Shown: positions 48,575 to 58,616, counted from the first letter of the stretch. The stretch: DNA of 63,532 bases from Desulfatirhabdiaceae bacterium (GCA_050179135.1 JBFXFK010000003.1:4948-68479); one strand, 5' to 3'. A program made the numbers and translations. Notes: generated from the letters alone by a model not told the origin.

Positions 48575-49041
48575 TCCCTTCCGGCATGCCGGATTCCGGC
48601 AAAAGTGCACATTGGACGTATCGGATTGTTCTGTTTTTTCTGGCATTGACCGGGTTTGCCCAAATGCCGATTTTCAAACGCTACTATATTGCCGACATCC
48701 CTGGATTGGGCTGGCTGGATCAGTTTTATGTGACACATTTTATGCATTATCTGGCGGCTGTTTTTCTTATCGGCCTTGTGTGTTATCATATGACCGCTTA
48801 TATTCTCTTGTATCGGAAACAGTTTCGAATCACCACTGCGGGCTATGTTCGCGGATTCGTCCTGGCCGGACTGTTGGTGACCGGAATTCTGATGATGATA
48901 AAAAATTTTCCGGGCTACGGCTATCCGCCGGCACTGATCATAACACTGGATGTGGCTCACATTGTTTTTACGGTCACGTTTCTGGCTGCATCCACTTGGG
49001 CCCTGGCCGGCAAACAAAAATGGCTTGTAAAAGTTTCCTGA
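48571..49041 (+). CDS. Four-TM cytochrome b-like membrane subunit (FdnI/PhsC-like)
   Basis: 4-nt overlap with the upstream gene. AHWTYRIVLFFLALTGFAQMPIF plus His residues in later TMs (THFMHY, CYHM, VAHIV). Confidence 0.6.
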   Translation: MIPSGMPDSGKSAHWTYRIVLFFLALTGFAQMPIFKRYYIADIPGLGWLDQFYVTHFMHYLAAVFLIGLVCYHMTAYILLYRKQFRITTAGYVRGFVLAGLLVTGILMMIKNFPGYGYPPALIITLDVAHIVFTVTFLAASTWALAGKQKWLVKVS

Positions 49042-49072
49042 ACCGGCTTAACATACAAGGAGGTACAAACAC

Positions 49073-49162
49073 ATGAAAGAAATTATCATTATGCTGGCAG
49101 TCGTTGGTGTCTGGTTTCTGCTTCAGGCCTATATTCTGCCCAAACTGGGGATTTCCACCTGA
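49073..49162 (+). CDS. 29-aa single-TM peptide (not in the ORF track)
   Basis: Strong RBS aaggagg 7 nt upstream. MKEIIIMLAVVGVWFLLQAYILPKLGIST. Confidence 0.4.
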   Translation: MKEIIIMLAVVGVWFLLQAYILPKLGIST

Positions 49163-49199
49163 CTGAAAAATTCCTGTCAGGTGACAGAAAAAAAACAGC

Positions 49200-49850
49200 A
49201 TGTCGATTTCCCAAAATCCACGGACTCCAAATGATGATGACACGGAACTGATCATCCAGATCAATTCCGGAAGGACAGACCTGTTTCCGGAACTGGTTCG
49301 GCGGTATGAGCAAAAGCTGTATAATTTTGGAATTCGAATGTGCCGGGACGTCCAGGATGCCGAGGACATGGTTCAGGATACCTTTCTGAACGTGTTCCGG
49401 TATCTGAAGGACTTCCGGTTTGAAAGCCGCTTCAAAAACTGGCTGTACCGGGTAGCCACCCGAACCTGTCTGAAAAAGAAACGAAAATCCCTGTATGCGC
49501 CTGAAGAAGAATTGTCCCTGGATGATTTTTTGCCCGGGGAAGAGGCGGCCATTCCTGCCCGCGTTCCGGACTGGGCCGCGGCCCCTCTGGATCAGTTGCT
49601 CAATGAAGAACTGGGCAACCGCCTGAGACAGGCGGTTTATGAACTGCCGGAATCATACCGGCTGGTTCTGGTGCTTCGGGACATGGAAGGATTCAGCACA
49701 TCGGAAACCGCCCGGATACTGAATTTGTCCGAATCCAATATCAAGGTCAGGCTCCATCGGGCCAGGCTGTTTGTCCGGCAAAAACTGACGGATTATTTCG
49801 ATCATGAGCCATACACCCCATCATCCCCATCATTGTCTTGCCCAGTTTGA
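49200..49850 (+). CDS. ECF-type sigma-70 family sigma factor
   Basis: Region 2 (LFPELVRRYEQKLYNFGIRMCRDVQDAEDMVQDTFLNVF) and region 4 (LPESYRLVLVLRDMEGFSTSETARILNLSESNIKVRLHRAR). Confidence 0.85.
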   Translation: MSISQNPRTPNDDDTELIIQINSGRTDLFPELVRRYEQKLYNFGIRMCRDVQDAEDMVQDTFLNVFRYLKDFRFESRFKNWLYRVATRTCLKKKRKSLYAPEEELSLDDFLPGEEAAIPARVPDWAAAPLDQLLNEELGNRLRQAVYELPESYRLVLVLRDMEGFSTSETARILNLSESNIKVRLHRARLFVRQKLTDYFDHEPYTPSSPSLSCPV

Positions 49851-50070
49851 AAAACTGTCCGAATATCTGGACCGGGATCTGGATGAGCTGACCTGCCAGG
49901 ATATCGAACGACATGCCAAAGACTGTATTGCCTGTCGTGTCTGCCTGGAAACTCTCAAACAGACGGTTATGCTGTGCCACAGCATCAACCATGATGAAAA
50001 GCCGGTTCCGCCGGATTTTGCAATTCGCCTGAAAGAAACAATTAAAGCATTGTGCCGGGATACAGGGTAG
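49804..50070 (+). CDS. Cytoplasmic zinc-binding (ZAS, zf-HC2) anti-sigma factor
   Basis: Overlaps the sigma gene. HAKDCIAC matches H-x3-C-x2-C. No TM segment. Confidence 0.7.
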   Translation: MSHTPHHPHHCLAQFEKLSEYLDRDLDELTCQDIERHAKDCIACRVCLETLKQTVMLCHSINHDEKPVPPDFAIRLKETIKALCRDTG

Positions 50071-50129
50071 GGGGCGGATCATCCGCAATATCGAAAGAAA
50101 ATATAAAAAACACAAATCAGGAGATGATC

Positions 50130-50777
50130 ATGAAAACGATACAAAGTGTCACACGCATGTTGATCCTGATTGTGCTGATGGGGACAGGTATTGCCAATGC
50201 CCATGTACCCTACATTGAAAAATTGGATTATTCCGGATCCCGGCCGTTTATCGTCAGAAACACCATCGAACAGTCCATTGCCCTGTATGCCTGGCTGGAA
50301 ACCGACGGGGTCAACCCTTCAACCGATGTGGATGTGGCGCGCTTTGAAATTGAGGGCCCGGTCCGTTTTTTTGGTGAACTGATTGTACCGGTATGTGTTT
50401 CGACAATCGATTTTGCCCCCTGGTTTTTGCTGGCCGGTCCGGGACTGCCTCTACCGGATGTCCTGCTGCCCTTCGAACTCCCGGATGGCTATGGCGCCAT
50501 GGTCATGCCCAATGTGACTCCGGGCGAGGCCCGGGAAACCTTTTATGAGCCATTTGGTGGAAAATCCTATTACAGCGGCCCGGTTCTGGATATCGAACTG
50601 GAAATTCCGGGTGTGTATTATGTGTATTACTGGGATCCGTATCAGGTCGGCGGCGATTATGTGGGCGTTCTGGGACGGGAAGAAATCTGGAACCCCAAAG
50701 ATATTGCCAGGGGACTGTACTATACCCCCTACATTCGGAATGACAGGGAACTGCATGGGGAGTGTGTGGCGCCCTGA
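50130..50777 (+). CDS. Secreted hypothetical protein whose predicted mature N-terminus is a histidine
   Basis: RBS aggag. Signal peptide MKTIQSVTRMLILIVLMGTGIANA, then HVPYIEK.... No family recognised. Confidence 0.55.
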   Translation: MKTIQSVTRMLILIVLMGTGIANAHVPYIEKLDYSGSRPFIVRNTIEQSIALYAWLETDGVNPSTDVDVARFEIEGPVRFFGELIVPVCVSTIDFAPWFLLAGPGLPLPDVLLPFELPDGYGAMVMPNVTPGEARETFYEPFGGKSYYSGPVLDIELEIPGVYYVYYWDPYQVGGDYVGVLGREEIWNPKDIARGLYYTPYIRNDRELHGECVAP

Positions 50778-50781
50778 CACA

Positions 50782-52275
50782 TTATTCCGTCTCCCCCATC
50801 CAGTTCATGGTTCGCAACACCGCTTTCTGCCAGAATGCATACAGATTCTGACGCCTTTCCGGGTTCATCTGCGGACGGAAGGTCTGATCGATTTTTCGAA
50901 GTCCCGTTATCTGTTCCCGTTTCCACAGCCCCACCGCTATTCCGGCCAGACAGGCCGCACCCAGCGCCGATGATTCGATCACCTGCGGGCGTTCGACAAC
51001 CACATTCAAAATATCCGCCTGAAACTGCATCAGCACGTTATTCATGCAGGCGCCGCCATCTACCTGCAGGGTGCTGAGGCAGATTCCGGAATCTTTCTGC
51101 ATGGCATCCAGTACATCCCGGGTCTGAAAGGCCAGTGACTCCAGCGTGGCCTTGACCAGATCCTCCCTTCCGGTATCCCGTGTCAGTCCGAAAATGGCGC
51201 CTCTGGCATACATGTCCCAATAAGGTGCGCCCAAGCCGACAAATGCCGGGACCACAAACACGCCATCCCGGTTTTCGGCCTCTCTGGCCAGACTTTCGGA
51301 TTCCGGTGCGGACCCGATGATTTTCAACCCGTCCCGCAGCCATTGAATGGCGGCCCCGGCGATGAACACACTGCCTTCCAGGGCATAGCTGATATGGCCA
51401 TCGATTCCCCAGGCAATGGTGGTCAACAGTCCGGACTGGCTGACGCACAAATTGTCTCCGGTGTTCATCAGCAAAAAACATCCGGTGCCATAGGTGTTTT
51501 TGGCCATGCCGGCTCCCAGACAGGCCTGCCCGAACAGGGCTGCCTGCTGATCCCCGGCCACACCGGTGATGGGAATTTGGGCACCCCCGACCGTCACGCA
51601 GCCATAATACCCCGATGAATCCTGAACCGCAGGCAGCATCGAAACCGGAATATCCATGGCCTTCAAAAGCGTTTCATCCCATTGCCGCGTGTGAATGTTG
51701 TACAGCAGGGTTCGGGAGGCATTTGAATAATCCGTGGCATGAACCCTTTTGCCGGTCAGCATCCAGATCAGCCAGGTATCGACCGTTCCAAACAGCAGTT
51801 CCCCTTTTTCCGCTTTTTGTCGGGCCCCGGGCACCGTATCCAGTATCCACTGGATTTTGGGGCCAGAAAAATACGCGTCGATGACCAGGCCGGTGGTGTT
51901 TCGCACATGATCGACAAGGCCCCGGGCTTTCAGGGATTCACAGATGGCGGCGGTTCGTCTGTCCTGCCAGACAATGGCGTTGCAGACCGGTATTCCGGTG
52001 GATTTATCCCAGACAATCGTGGTTTCCCGCTGGTTGGATATGCCGATGGCCGCAATTTCGGCGGGTGAAATCCGGTGCGTATGAACAATCTGTTCAAATA
52101 CGGCCCACTGGGTATTCCAGATTTCCAGGGGATCATGCTCCACCCATCCGGGCCGGGGAAAATGCTGGGTGAATTCCTTCTGGGCAATGCCAAGAATATC
52201 ACCCTGACGGTTGAAGAGAACCGCGCGGGAACTGGTGGTTCCCTGGTCCAGCGCAATGATGTATGACGGTGTCAT
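50782..52275 (-). CDS. glpK: Glycerol kinase
   Basis: [26 protein letters not shown], canonical throughout. Start trimmed to MTPSY, 3 nt after the MFS stop. Confidence 0.95.
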   Translation of the reverse strand: MTPSYIIALDQGTTSSRAVLFNRQGDILGIAQKEFTQHFPRPGWVEHDPLEIWNTQWAVFEQIVHTHRISPAEIAAIGISNQRETTIVWDKSTGIPVCNAIVWQDRRTAAICESLKARGLVDHVRNTTGLVIDAYFSGPKIQWILDTVPGARQKAEKGELLFGTVDTWLIWMLTGKRVHATDYSNASRTLLYNIHTRQWDETLLKAMDIPVSMLPAVQDSSGYYGCVTVGGAQIPITGVAGDQQAALFGQACLGAGMAKNTYGTGCFLLMNTGDNLCVSQSGLLTTIAWGIDGHISYALEGSVFIAGAAIQWLRDGLKIIGSAPESESLAREAENRDGVFVVPAFVGLGAPYWDMYARGAIFGLTRDTGREDLVKATLESLAFQTRDVLDAMQKDSGICLSTLQVDGGACMNNVLMQFQADILNVVVERPQVIESSALGAACLAGIAVGLWKREQITGLRKIDQTFRPQMNPERRQNLYAFWQKAVLRTMNWMGETE

Positions 52276-52277
52276 TG

Positions 52278-53738
52278 TTAACCTTCTCCTTTTTTTCCGG
52301 GTTGCTGAGCCGGCCGCAGCCTGCCGATGGAGCATAGAATCCCCGCAATACACAGCAGACAGAAACACGCCAGGCCGACCCGCATGGTCAGAAGAAAATC
52401 GGCCTGGGTTTCACCGGTCACCGAATGCCCTTTCATAAAGACAGACAGCAGCACGGTGATAATGGTCATGCTGGTCATCATGCCCAGTGTCCGCATGCTG
52501 GCCACCAGTCCGGAGGCCACACCCAGATGTCTGGCAGCCACACTTCCCATAATAACACTCATGTTGGGAGAAGAAAACAGGGCAAAACCGGTTCCCAGCA
52601 GCAGGAAAATGGTAACCAGAAGCGCCAATGGGGTGGATGGAGATATGGAAACGCTGATACCCAGCCCCAATGCACACAGGGCCATGCCGGCCGTAGCCAC
52701 CCATGCCGCCGGATACCGGTCGGCAAGCCGTCCGCACAGGGGTGAAAACACGGCCTGGGCAACCGGCTGAAGAATCAGCAGGGTGCCTGTCTGCTGAGGG
52801 GTCATTCCCTTGACAAACTGCAGATAGAGGCTGAAAAAAAATGTCACCCCGAAAGTTGCGGCATAATTGAGAAGGGCGGCCAGACTGCTGAGCGCAAACA
52901 CCCGGTTGTGTTGCAGCAGACCGATATTCAATACCGGATGGTCAGTCCCGGCCTCCACAACCGCAAAGATGACAAGACCGGCCAAACCGGCTATCAGAAA
53001 GCCCCATGATCCCCTGCCATGTCCCAGATTGGCGGCGCCAAAGACCAACAGAATAATGGCAATGGCATAAACCAGACTGCCCTTCCAGTCAAACGGTTCT
53101 CCTTTTGCATCGGCCCATTCCCCACGCAGTTTCCAACTGACCAGAATAAAACTGGCAACACCCAGCGGAATGCTGAGATAAAACAGGGAGCGCCATCCAA
53201 GGGCCGTGATCAGTGCCCCGCCGATGAAGGGACCGCAGGAAAGGCCGGCATATACACAGGCCACGGTTATTCCCAGTGCCCTGCCCCGCTGTTCGGGCGG
53301 AAAAACCGATACCACAATGGCCATTCCGGTCGAGGCGATCATGGCCCCGCCAATCCCCTGCAGAAACCGGAATCCGATAACGGCCTGAATGGACCATGCC
53401 TGGGCAAGCAGTCCGCCCGTGATGGTAAAAACCGCAATGCCGAAATGAAAAATGCGCCGACGTCCATGAATATCCCCAAGGCGCCCCATGGTCAGCAGAA
53501 ATATGGAAACAGACAGCATATAGGCGGTTTCCACCAGCCCCAGTTGAATGGCGCTGGCGCCCAGTTCCCTTCCGATCGACGGCAGGGCCACCCCGACGCC
53601 GGACAGCATGAACGGCATCAGAAACGAGGCGCTGCAGACTGCAAACAGGGTGGCGCCCCGGGAAACAGGGGGGTCGGGAGGATTGTTGGTCTTCTTGTCA
53701 TATGAAGGATTTACACCTGTTCTGGAAAAGCTGCCCAT
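52278..53738 (-). CDS. MFS transporter, 14-TM DHA2-like
   Basis: [13 protein letters not shown] motif A, 14 hydrophobic segments by eye. Confidence 0.9.
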   Translation of the reverse strand: MGSFSRTGVNPSYDKKTNNPPDPPVSRGATLFAVCSASFLMPFMLSGVGVALPSIGRELGASAIQLGLVETAYMLSVSIFLLTMGRLGDIHGRRRIFHFGIAVFTITGGLLAQAWSIQAVIGFRFLQGIGGAMIASTGMAIVVSVFPPEQRGRALGITVACVYAGLSCGPFIGGALITALGWRSLFYLSIPLGVASFILVSWKLRGEWADAKGEPFDWKGSLVYAIAIILLVFGAANLGHGRGSWGFLIAGLAGLVIFAVVEAGTDHPVLNIGLLQHNRVFALSSLAALLNYAATFGVTFFFSLYLQFVKGMTPQQTGTLLILQPVAQAVFSPLCGRLADRYPAAWVATAGMALCALGLGISVSISPSTPLALLVTIFLLLGTGFALFSSPNMSVIMGSVAARHLGVASGLVASMRTLGMMTSMTIITVLLSVFMKGHSVTGETQADFLLTMRVGLACFCLLCIAGILCSIGRLRPAQQPGKKGEG

Positions 53739-53941
53739 TGCGTTTGTGTCTTCTGTTATCAGAAATTGTGAAACTCAAAAACGGATTATAACCGTATTTC
53801 AGGCCAACCTTGGCAAGTCAAAATTATGCTTTCATCAATCTTTCGTGTCCATTTTTCTGTTTTCAAAGTCATATCACATTTCCCGGGGTGATTGAAATAC
53901 CGGAAAGTCGATTGTCCCTGTACATGGGTATCACCTGATTA

Positions 53942-54157
53942 ATGAATAACTTATTTTATTTCCAACGTCGTGGCTACTTGAATCGCTGCGTATCGATGAA
54001 AATTAAGTTCATTACTAAAGAACATCCCGAAGCCACGCAGGTGGCCCAATATATGAAACTTGCTGTTTCGACGGTGAGTGCGGCCGTGAAAAATTGTGAA
54101 AAATCAGTAAGCCGGGATGAGCTGGTATTATTTGGGTTGTTGAATCTGGAAATATGA
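53942..54157 (+). pseudogene. Probable fragment of an HTH-containing (transposase/DnaA-C-like) gene
   Basis: EATQVAQYMKLAVSTVSAAVKNCEKSVSRDE looks like an isolated HTH. There is no catalytic part, and an overlapping 45-aa HTH-like ORF lies at 54154-54291. Confidence 0.3.
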
Positions 54158-54407
54158 AGGACGTCCCCGCGCGCCCCGTTCGAAAAATGCTGATGAGAGG
54201 ATTCAAGCCGGATGAAGTTGCGGCCATTCTGGAAGTGGATAAGGAGAAGGTGCTACGAATTGTCGATTCGCTAGCGCAACCTGCGACCTGATTGCAGCTT
54301 TGATAGAAAAACTGGTCTATATGTGCTTGTTATGGATAGCATTCCGATGTCGGGTTCCATTTCAGGCCAAAAGGTCTGGCCCGATTTCCTCAATTCCGGC
54401 AGAATTC

Positions 54408-54692
54408 TTTTTGACAGGATTTACAGGATGAACAGGAATGAAAAGATCGGACTTGGTTCCATTTTGGCCCACTGGAGCGTCAAAATGAAATTTTGACATA
54501 AAGCTCAAAAACCTTGAATATACATTTGAACACGTAATTTCAGGTAGTTTTTCGTGATGACTGTCTTGTGTCAAAATGTTGTTTTGACACTCCAGGCCGA
54601 AACCTTGGACGAAGTTGGAGTCAAGCCCAAAAGACCAGACAAGCCCATTTTTTTATAATGAATCCTGTCAATCCTGTAGATCCTGTCAAAAA
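54408..54692. repeat. Nested inverted-repeat structure: outer 32-bp arms made of NACAGGATN 9-mers, inner GTCAAAAT-N3-ATTTTGAC palindromes
   Basis: Outer arms 54408-54439 and 54661-54692 are complementary at 28/32. Inner palindromes lie at 54479-54497 and 54570-54588. The first inner motif recurs at 59523-59562. Confidence 0.75.
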
Positions 54693-54701
54693 AAAACTGA
54701 T

Positions 54702-55097
54702 ATGCCATCCATCCCATACCGCAAACTGATCCGGGACCGGATACCCGAAATCATAAAGCAATCCGGCAAGACAGCCCAAATCCGGACACTGAGCGAGCCG
54801 GAACACCGGAATGCGGTTGGTTCCAAAATTCTGGAAGAGGCCCATGAACTGTTTGCCGAATGGCAGCGGGGCGATCCGGACGGCGTGCTGAAAGAATCCG
54901 CGGACATGGTCGAGATTCTGTTGGCGGCGTTGCAGGTTCACGGATTGACTATTGAAGACCTGATGGCCATGCGCCAGAAACGGGCTGATGAACGTGGCGG
55001 ATTTTTGAAGCGGTTTTTCCTGGAATCTGAACCATCTCCAATCCCTGCTTCTCGAAACCTGCCTGAAAGTCTTTCACCCATCCGACCTGCCGTTTGA
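54702..55097 (+). CDS. MazG-like / phosphoribosyl-ATP pyrophosphohydrolase-like NTP pyrophosphohydrolase
   Basis: YRKLIRDRIPEII...ILEEAHELFAE...ESADMVEILLAAL...RADERGGFLKRFFLE. Start set at ATG 54702. The C-terminal tail runs into the next remnant. Confidence 0.6.
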   Translation: MPSIPYRKLIRDRIPEIIKQSGKTAQIRTLSEPEHRNAVGSKILEEAHELFAEWQRGDPDGVLKESADMVEILLAALQVHGLTIEDLMAMRQKRADERGGFLKRFFLESEPSPIPASRNLPESLSPIRPAV

Positions 55098-55521
55098 TCA
55101 GAATCCCCAGCCCTTTCATGTCAAGGCGTTTCTCTTTCACCGGCGGTCCGGCGCCGGTTCCATGCTGATCAGCTCCTCCAATTTTACCGCAGCCGGGTTC
55201 ATGCGGAATATCGAATGGAACTATTTTTCACCGGGTGAAATCAACCTGGCCTTTGACAACCGGTCGGCCTTTGAACAGGCCGTGACTGAATTTGTGCGGA
55301 TATGGGACAATCTGGCTGTGGCCGTAACGCCGGAATTTATTTCCGGATACCGCAGACGCTTTGTTGTCACCGGGCCGGAAACCGGAACGGCCCATGTGAC
55401 GCGCCCAGGTCTTTTTGAAACCCCGTCCGCGTACGGAAAACCCGTTCAACCGCCAATCATCCCCAATGCGGCCCAGATACCGGTGTTGAAAACCCTGGCC
55501 AACCTTCGATTTGAAACTTGA
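55009..55521 (+). pseudogene. Remnant of a PLD-domain nuclease/helicase gene (N- and C-termini missing)
   Basis: Open frame without a plausible start. FHVKAFLFH...GSMLISSSNFTAAGFMRNIEWN matches the second half of an HKD/PLD motif. The end (IIPNAAQIPVLKTLANLR) looks like the beginning of a helicase domain, then a stop. Confidence 0.5.
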
Positions 55522-55876
55522 ATTTCAAAGCGTGAACGGCCAATACAGCCGTCAAATCATGACTGTTCGTTCCAATCCGAAAAAGCCTTTGAATGTAAAC
55601 ACCATGACCATTATTTATCACAAAAAAGGTGGGTTGAAAATTGATTCCACGTAAACGAGAGGCATCTGAAAATCACAGCGGGTATGAGACGCCCTGTTCA
55701 CGGTACGCCCGGAACGAACGATCACACTTATTCCTGAAATCGATATTGCCTCAGGGGCGGAATGAACCTTGTAAGCTTCTTGAATATAGAAAGACAAACG
55801 TCCACAGGATACAAAAAAATATCCTTGGGAAACGTATATTTGAACGTAACATCCCAAATTGGCCACAAAACCGACT

Positions 55877-56338
55877 TTACCCTATTGGCTCCTTCTCCGC
55901 CAGCACATCATCAAACAGATCATTGATCAATTCCTTTTTGTCTGTTTCAGACAGAGAGGACGACGAATAATCCCGATACAGGGTTTCCGCCTTTTTCAAA
56001 ATCTGTGTGGCGGTGATTCCTTCTTGAGAATGCGCCTTGGCCAGATATTTGGCCAGAAGCATTCCGGTCACGGCGCCGGCCACAGCGCCCAGAATCGGCA
56101 ACGCCGCTGTCAGGCCGGCGGATAACGTAATTCCGCCGGTGATATTGAGGGCTCGGGTGATGGATGACAGGGCGGAAGGACCCAGGATGGCCGCAACCGC
56201 AGCCAACAGGCTATCGACAGGCTTTCCCTGTCGGCTGCGTTCTTCCAGAATCTCTTTGATAAACCCCTCAAAACTGTCATACCGGGTTTGACTGTTCTTT
56301 TCCATGATCGTTCTCTTTTTTATGGCTCGCGGAAACAC
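55877..56338 (-). CDS. Hypothetical protein with a Gly/Ala-rich membrane segment
   Basis: LLAAVAAILGPSALSSITRALNITGGITLSAGLTAALPILGAVAGAVTGMLLA. The start may be the internal MEKNSQ (56305). Confidence 0.45.
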   Translation of the reverse strand: MFPRAIKKRTIMEKNSQTRYDSFEGFIKEILEERSRQGKPVDSLLAAVAAILGPSALSSITRALNITGGITLSAGLTAALPILGAVAGAVTGMLLAKYLAKAHSQEGITATQILKKAETLYRDYSSSSLSETDKKELINDLFDDVLAEKEPIG

Positions 56339-56393
56339 ATAAATTCATGCGTTTATCATTGAAAGCGGATTCGCCCGCCAGTGGATTTTATTG

Positions 56394-56651
56394 TCAGCCG
56401 GTTCCCTGTCTGGCTGCTATGCCAACTACCTGCCATCGAGCTTCAATGGTGTCTGCTGATAAATCAGCACCACAATCCCATTCGACAAAGTATCCGCCAT
56501 TATAAACCTTTAGAAATTCGGCGTGATCCTGAAGGACTTCAAACGCCTCATACTTCAGATAGGGCGTGACATCAAAATTGCCAATACGACCATCGTCCGC
56601 AACGATAGACAACACCCAATTGGGTTGAGGAGTGATTTCTGCTATTCTCAT
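56394..56651 (-). CDS. DUF2442 family protein
   Basis: ITPQPNWVLSIVADDGRIGNFDVTPYL...GGYFVEWDCGADLSADTI. Confidence 0.75.
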   Translation of the reverse strand: MRIAEITPQPNWVLSIVADDGRIGNFDVTPYLKYEAFEVLQDHAEFLKVYNGGYFVEWDCGADLSADTIEARWQVVGIAARQGTG

Positions 56652-56920
56652 TGGTCAAGTCCTTTGATTGGAAAAGGTTTCTGGCCGTTTACAGCCAAGT
56701 TCCAGTCAGCAATCAAATCTTCCTGATGAATTTCGATCCACGCGATGACCAACTTGTGTTTGTTCGCTGGCAGTTCACCAGCCAGAAGCGTTCCGTCAAG
56801 AATTGAGTATACTGCAACTTGCCCCTGGTAATCAGCATGTATGTGTGGCACGTGATGTTTCTCAGTATCTCGAAAGAACATCCGGATAAGAATCCCATAA
56901 AACATCGAAATTGTAGGCAT
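56648..56920 (-). CDS. DUF4160 family protein
   Basis: MPTISMFYGILIRMFFRDTEKHHVPHIHADYQG. ATGA overlap with the DUF2442 gene. Start trimmed from 57028. Confidence 0.75.
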   Translation of the reverse strand: MPTISMFYGILIRMFFRDTEKHHVPHIHADYQGQVAVYSILDGTLLAGELPANKHKLVIAWIEIHQEDLIADWNLAVNGQKPFPIKGLDQ

Positions 56921-57083
56921 CCCGCATTTCCTTTCTTTGCTTAGCCTGATACGGTTAACAAGAAAATGACATGAAAATACTTCATTGATCCCCTCCCGAC
57001 CTCCCACCGCTGGGTGTAGGAGGACCAATGGCCAAATCGCCGGAAAGCGAACTGGTCACTATTTTTAAGGTAATTCTGTAATA

Positions 57084-58508
57084 TTAATTATCCCCATCAG
57101 CCTTACAGAATCGCTCAAGGGTCCGGATGGACACGCCAATTGCCCCGGCTGCACTTGCCCGGGATTTGTGTTTGTCCAACGCCCGCCGCCGATACCAGGA
57201 AAGCAGTTGGGATTCTGTCCATGACACATCCATGATCGCCTGCGGCATATCATTTCTGCCAATTCGTTGGGCAGTCGGCCCATCCCCGGTACCAAATTCA
57301 GGACGCGGTGTGGTCTGGTCCAGCCCCCGCAGCACATAATCAAAAATTACGTTCCGCAGCTCCCGCACATTTCCGGGCCATTGATAGTCCTGATATGTTG
57401 AACGAAGAAATTCGGTCACCATTCCAAATTCTGCCTGTTTTTCCGGCGGCATGAATTTTTCTATCAGATCAGGCAGATCCTGGTCAATGAAATCGGACAA
57501 TCGGGGCATGATGACGGATGACCCATACAGCCGGTAAAAAAAATCCAGCCGGAACCGATTTTGCCCGACCATCTGTTCCAGATTTCTGTGGGTGGCCGCG
57601 ATGTACCGCACATCTACCGGAATTTCCCTATTGTCTCCCACCCGCTGAACCCGGCCGGTTTCCATGACCCGGAGAAATTTTGACTGCAAGTATCGGGGTA
57701 ATTCACCAATTTCGTCAAGAAAAAGAATGCCCGTGTCCGCCGCCTGAATGGCCCCGGTTTTTCCCGTGTTTGCTCCGGTAAAGGCGCCTTTGACATGACC
57801 AAAGAGTTCGGATTCGATCAGATTGGGTTGAATCGCCGCGACATTGATGCTGTGACAGGGTCTGACATCCGTTCCGGTCTCCTGAAACGTACCATCCAGA
57901 ATGGCTTTTGCCGCTTCTTCCTTTCCGCTGCCACTGTCCCCGTAAATGAGCACATTCTGTTTGCGAAGAATGTGGCCGTAGCGCATGGCAATGGAAAGGT
58001 TGTCACCAAACGCAGCGGACCATACGGCGGCTCTGGCTTTTGTCAGTTCCGCGGATGTCCCTTTCAGTTCATTCTCCAGATGTGTTTCACACCGCTTGGC
58101 CGCAGCAATCACACCCAGGGGATTCCATTTTCGCATGGTCACAACGTCCAGAATTTCCGGCGCAATCAACTGTGCATATTTTTTTGCGTCATAATGGCGT
58201 GAATCCGTTTCAAGGGCGCCTGCAAACCGGAGTGCGCCAAGAAGCACCAAGGCCACTTCATTTTCCATCTGCCAGACAAGTTGGTCATGATCCGGCAGGC
58301 TACCATTTTGATGGATACTGGCCAGGCGGTGCCTGGCAAAATCTTGTCCAAGTCCAATCAGGGACTGAATGATATGATCCCGGGTTTCATAGATTTTAAG
58401 CAATTTTCGGGCCATCAGTTTGGCCTTGAGCCGTGTGTCGGTGCGATAGGGATTTTTGATACACAGATTGGCAAAATCCGTCAGGTCCTTTACAAGAGAT
58501 TCTTTCAT
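57084..58508 (-). CDS. Sigma-54 enhancer-binding protein with an unassigned about 190-aa helical N-terminal domain
   Basis: [59 protein letters not shown]-terminal HTH AAGAIGVSIRTLERF. Confidence 0.85.
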   Translation of the reverse strand: MKESLVKDLTDFANLCIKNPYRTDTRLKAKLMARKLLKIYETRDHIIQSLIGLGQDFARHRLASIHQNGSLPDHDQLVWQMENEVALVLLGALRFAGALETDSRHYDAKKYAQLIAPEILDVVTMRKWNPLGVIAAAKRCETHLENELKGTSAELTKARAAVWSAAFGDNLSIAMRYGHILRKQNVLIYGDSGSGKEEAAKAILDGTFQETGTDVRPCHSINVAAIQPNLIESELFGHVKGAFTGANTGKTGAIQAADTGILFLDEIGELPRYLQSKFLRVMETGRVQRVGDNREIPVDVRYIAATHRNLEQMVGQNRFRLDFFYRLYGSSVIMPRLSDFIDQDLPDLIEKFMPPEKQAEFGMVTEFLRSTYQDYQWPGNVRELRNVIFDYVLRGLDQTTPRPEFGTGDGPTAQRIGRNDMPQAIMDVSWTESQLLSWYRRRALDKHKSRASAAGAIGVSIRTLERFCKADGDN

Positions 58509-58616
58509 GTGAGTTGCCTTATTCCCTGCTATCCGGCATCAGAAAAACCGCAATAAGCCAAGCCTTCCTGACCTGCTGGCTGAAATCAGGGTGATCTTTT
58601 TTCGTGTATTGTGGGG

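Noticed and set aside
55618-55970. ORFs of 82 and 109 aa in the spacer after the PLD remnant.
   Set aside because: They have no RBS, odd composition and no motifs. The region is more likely non-coding debris of the decayed locus.
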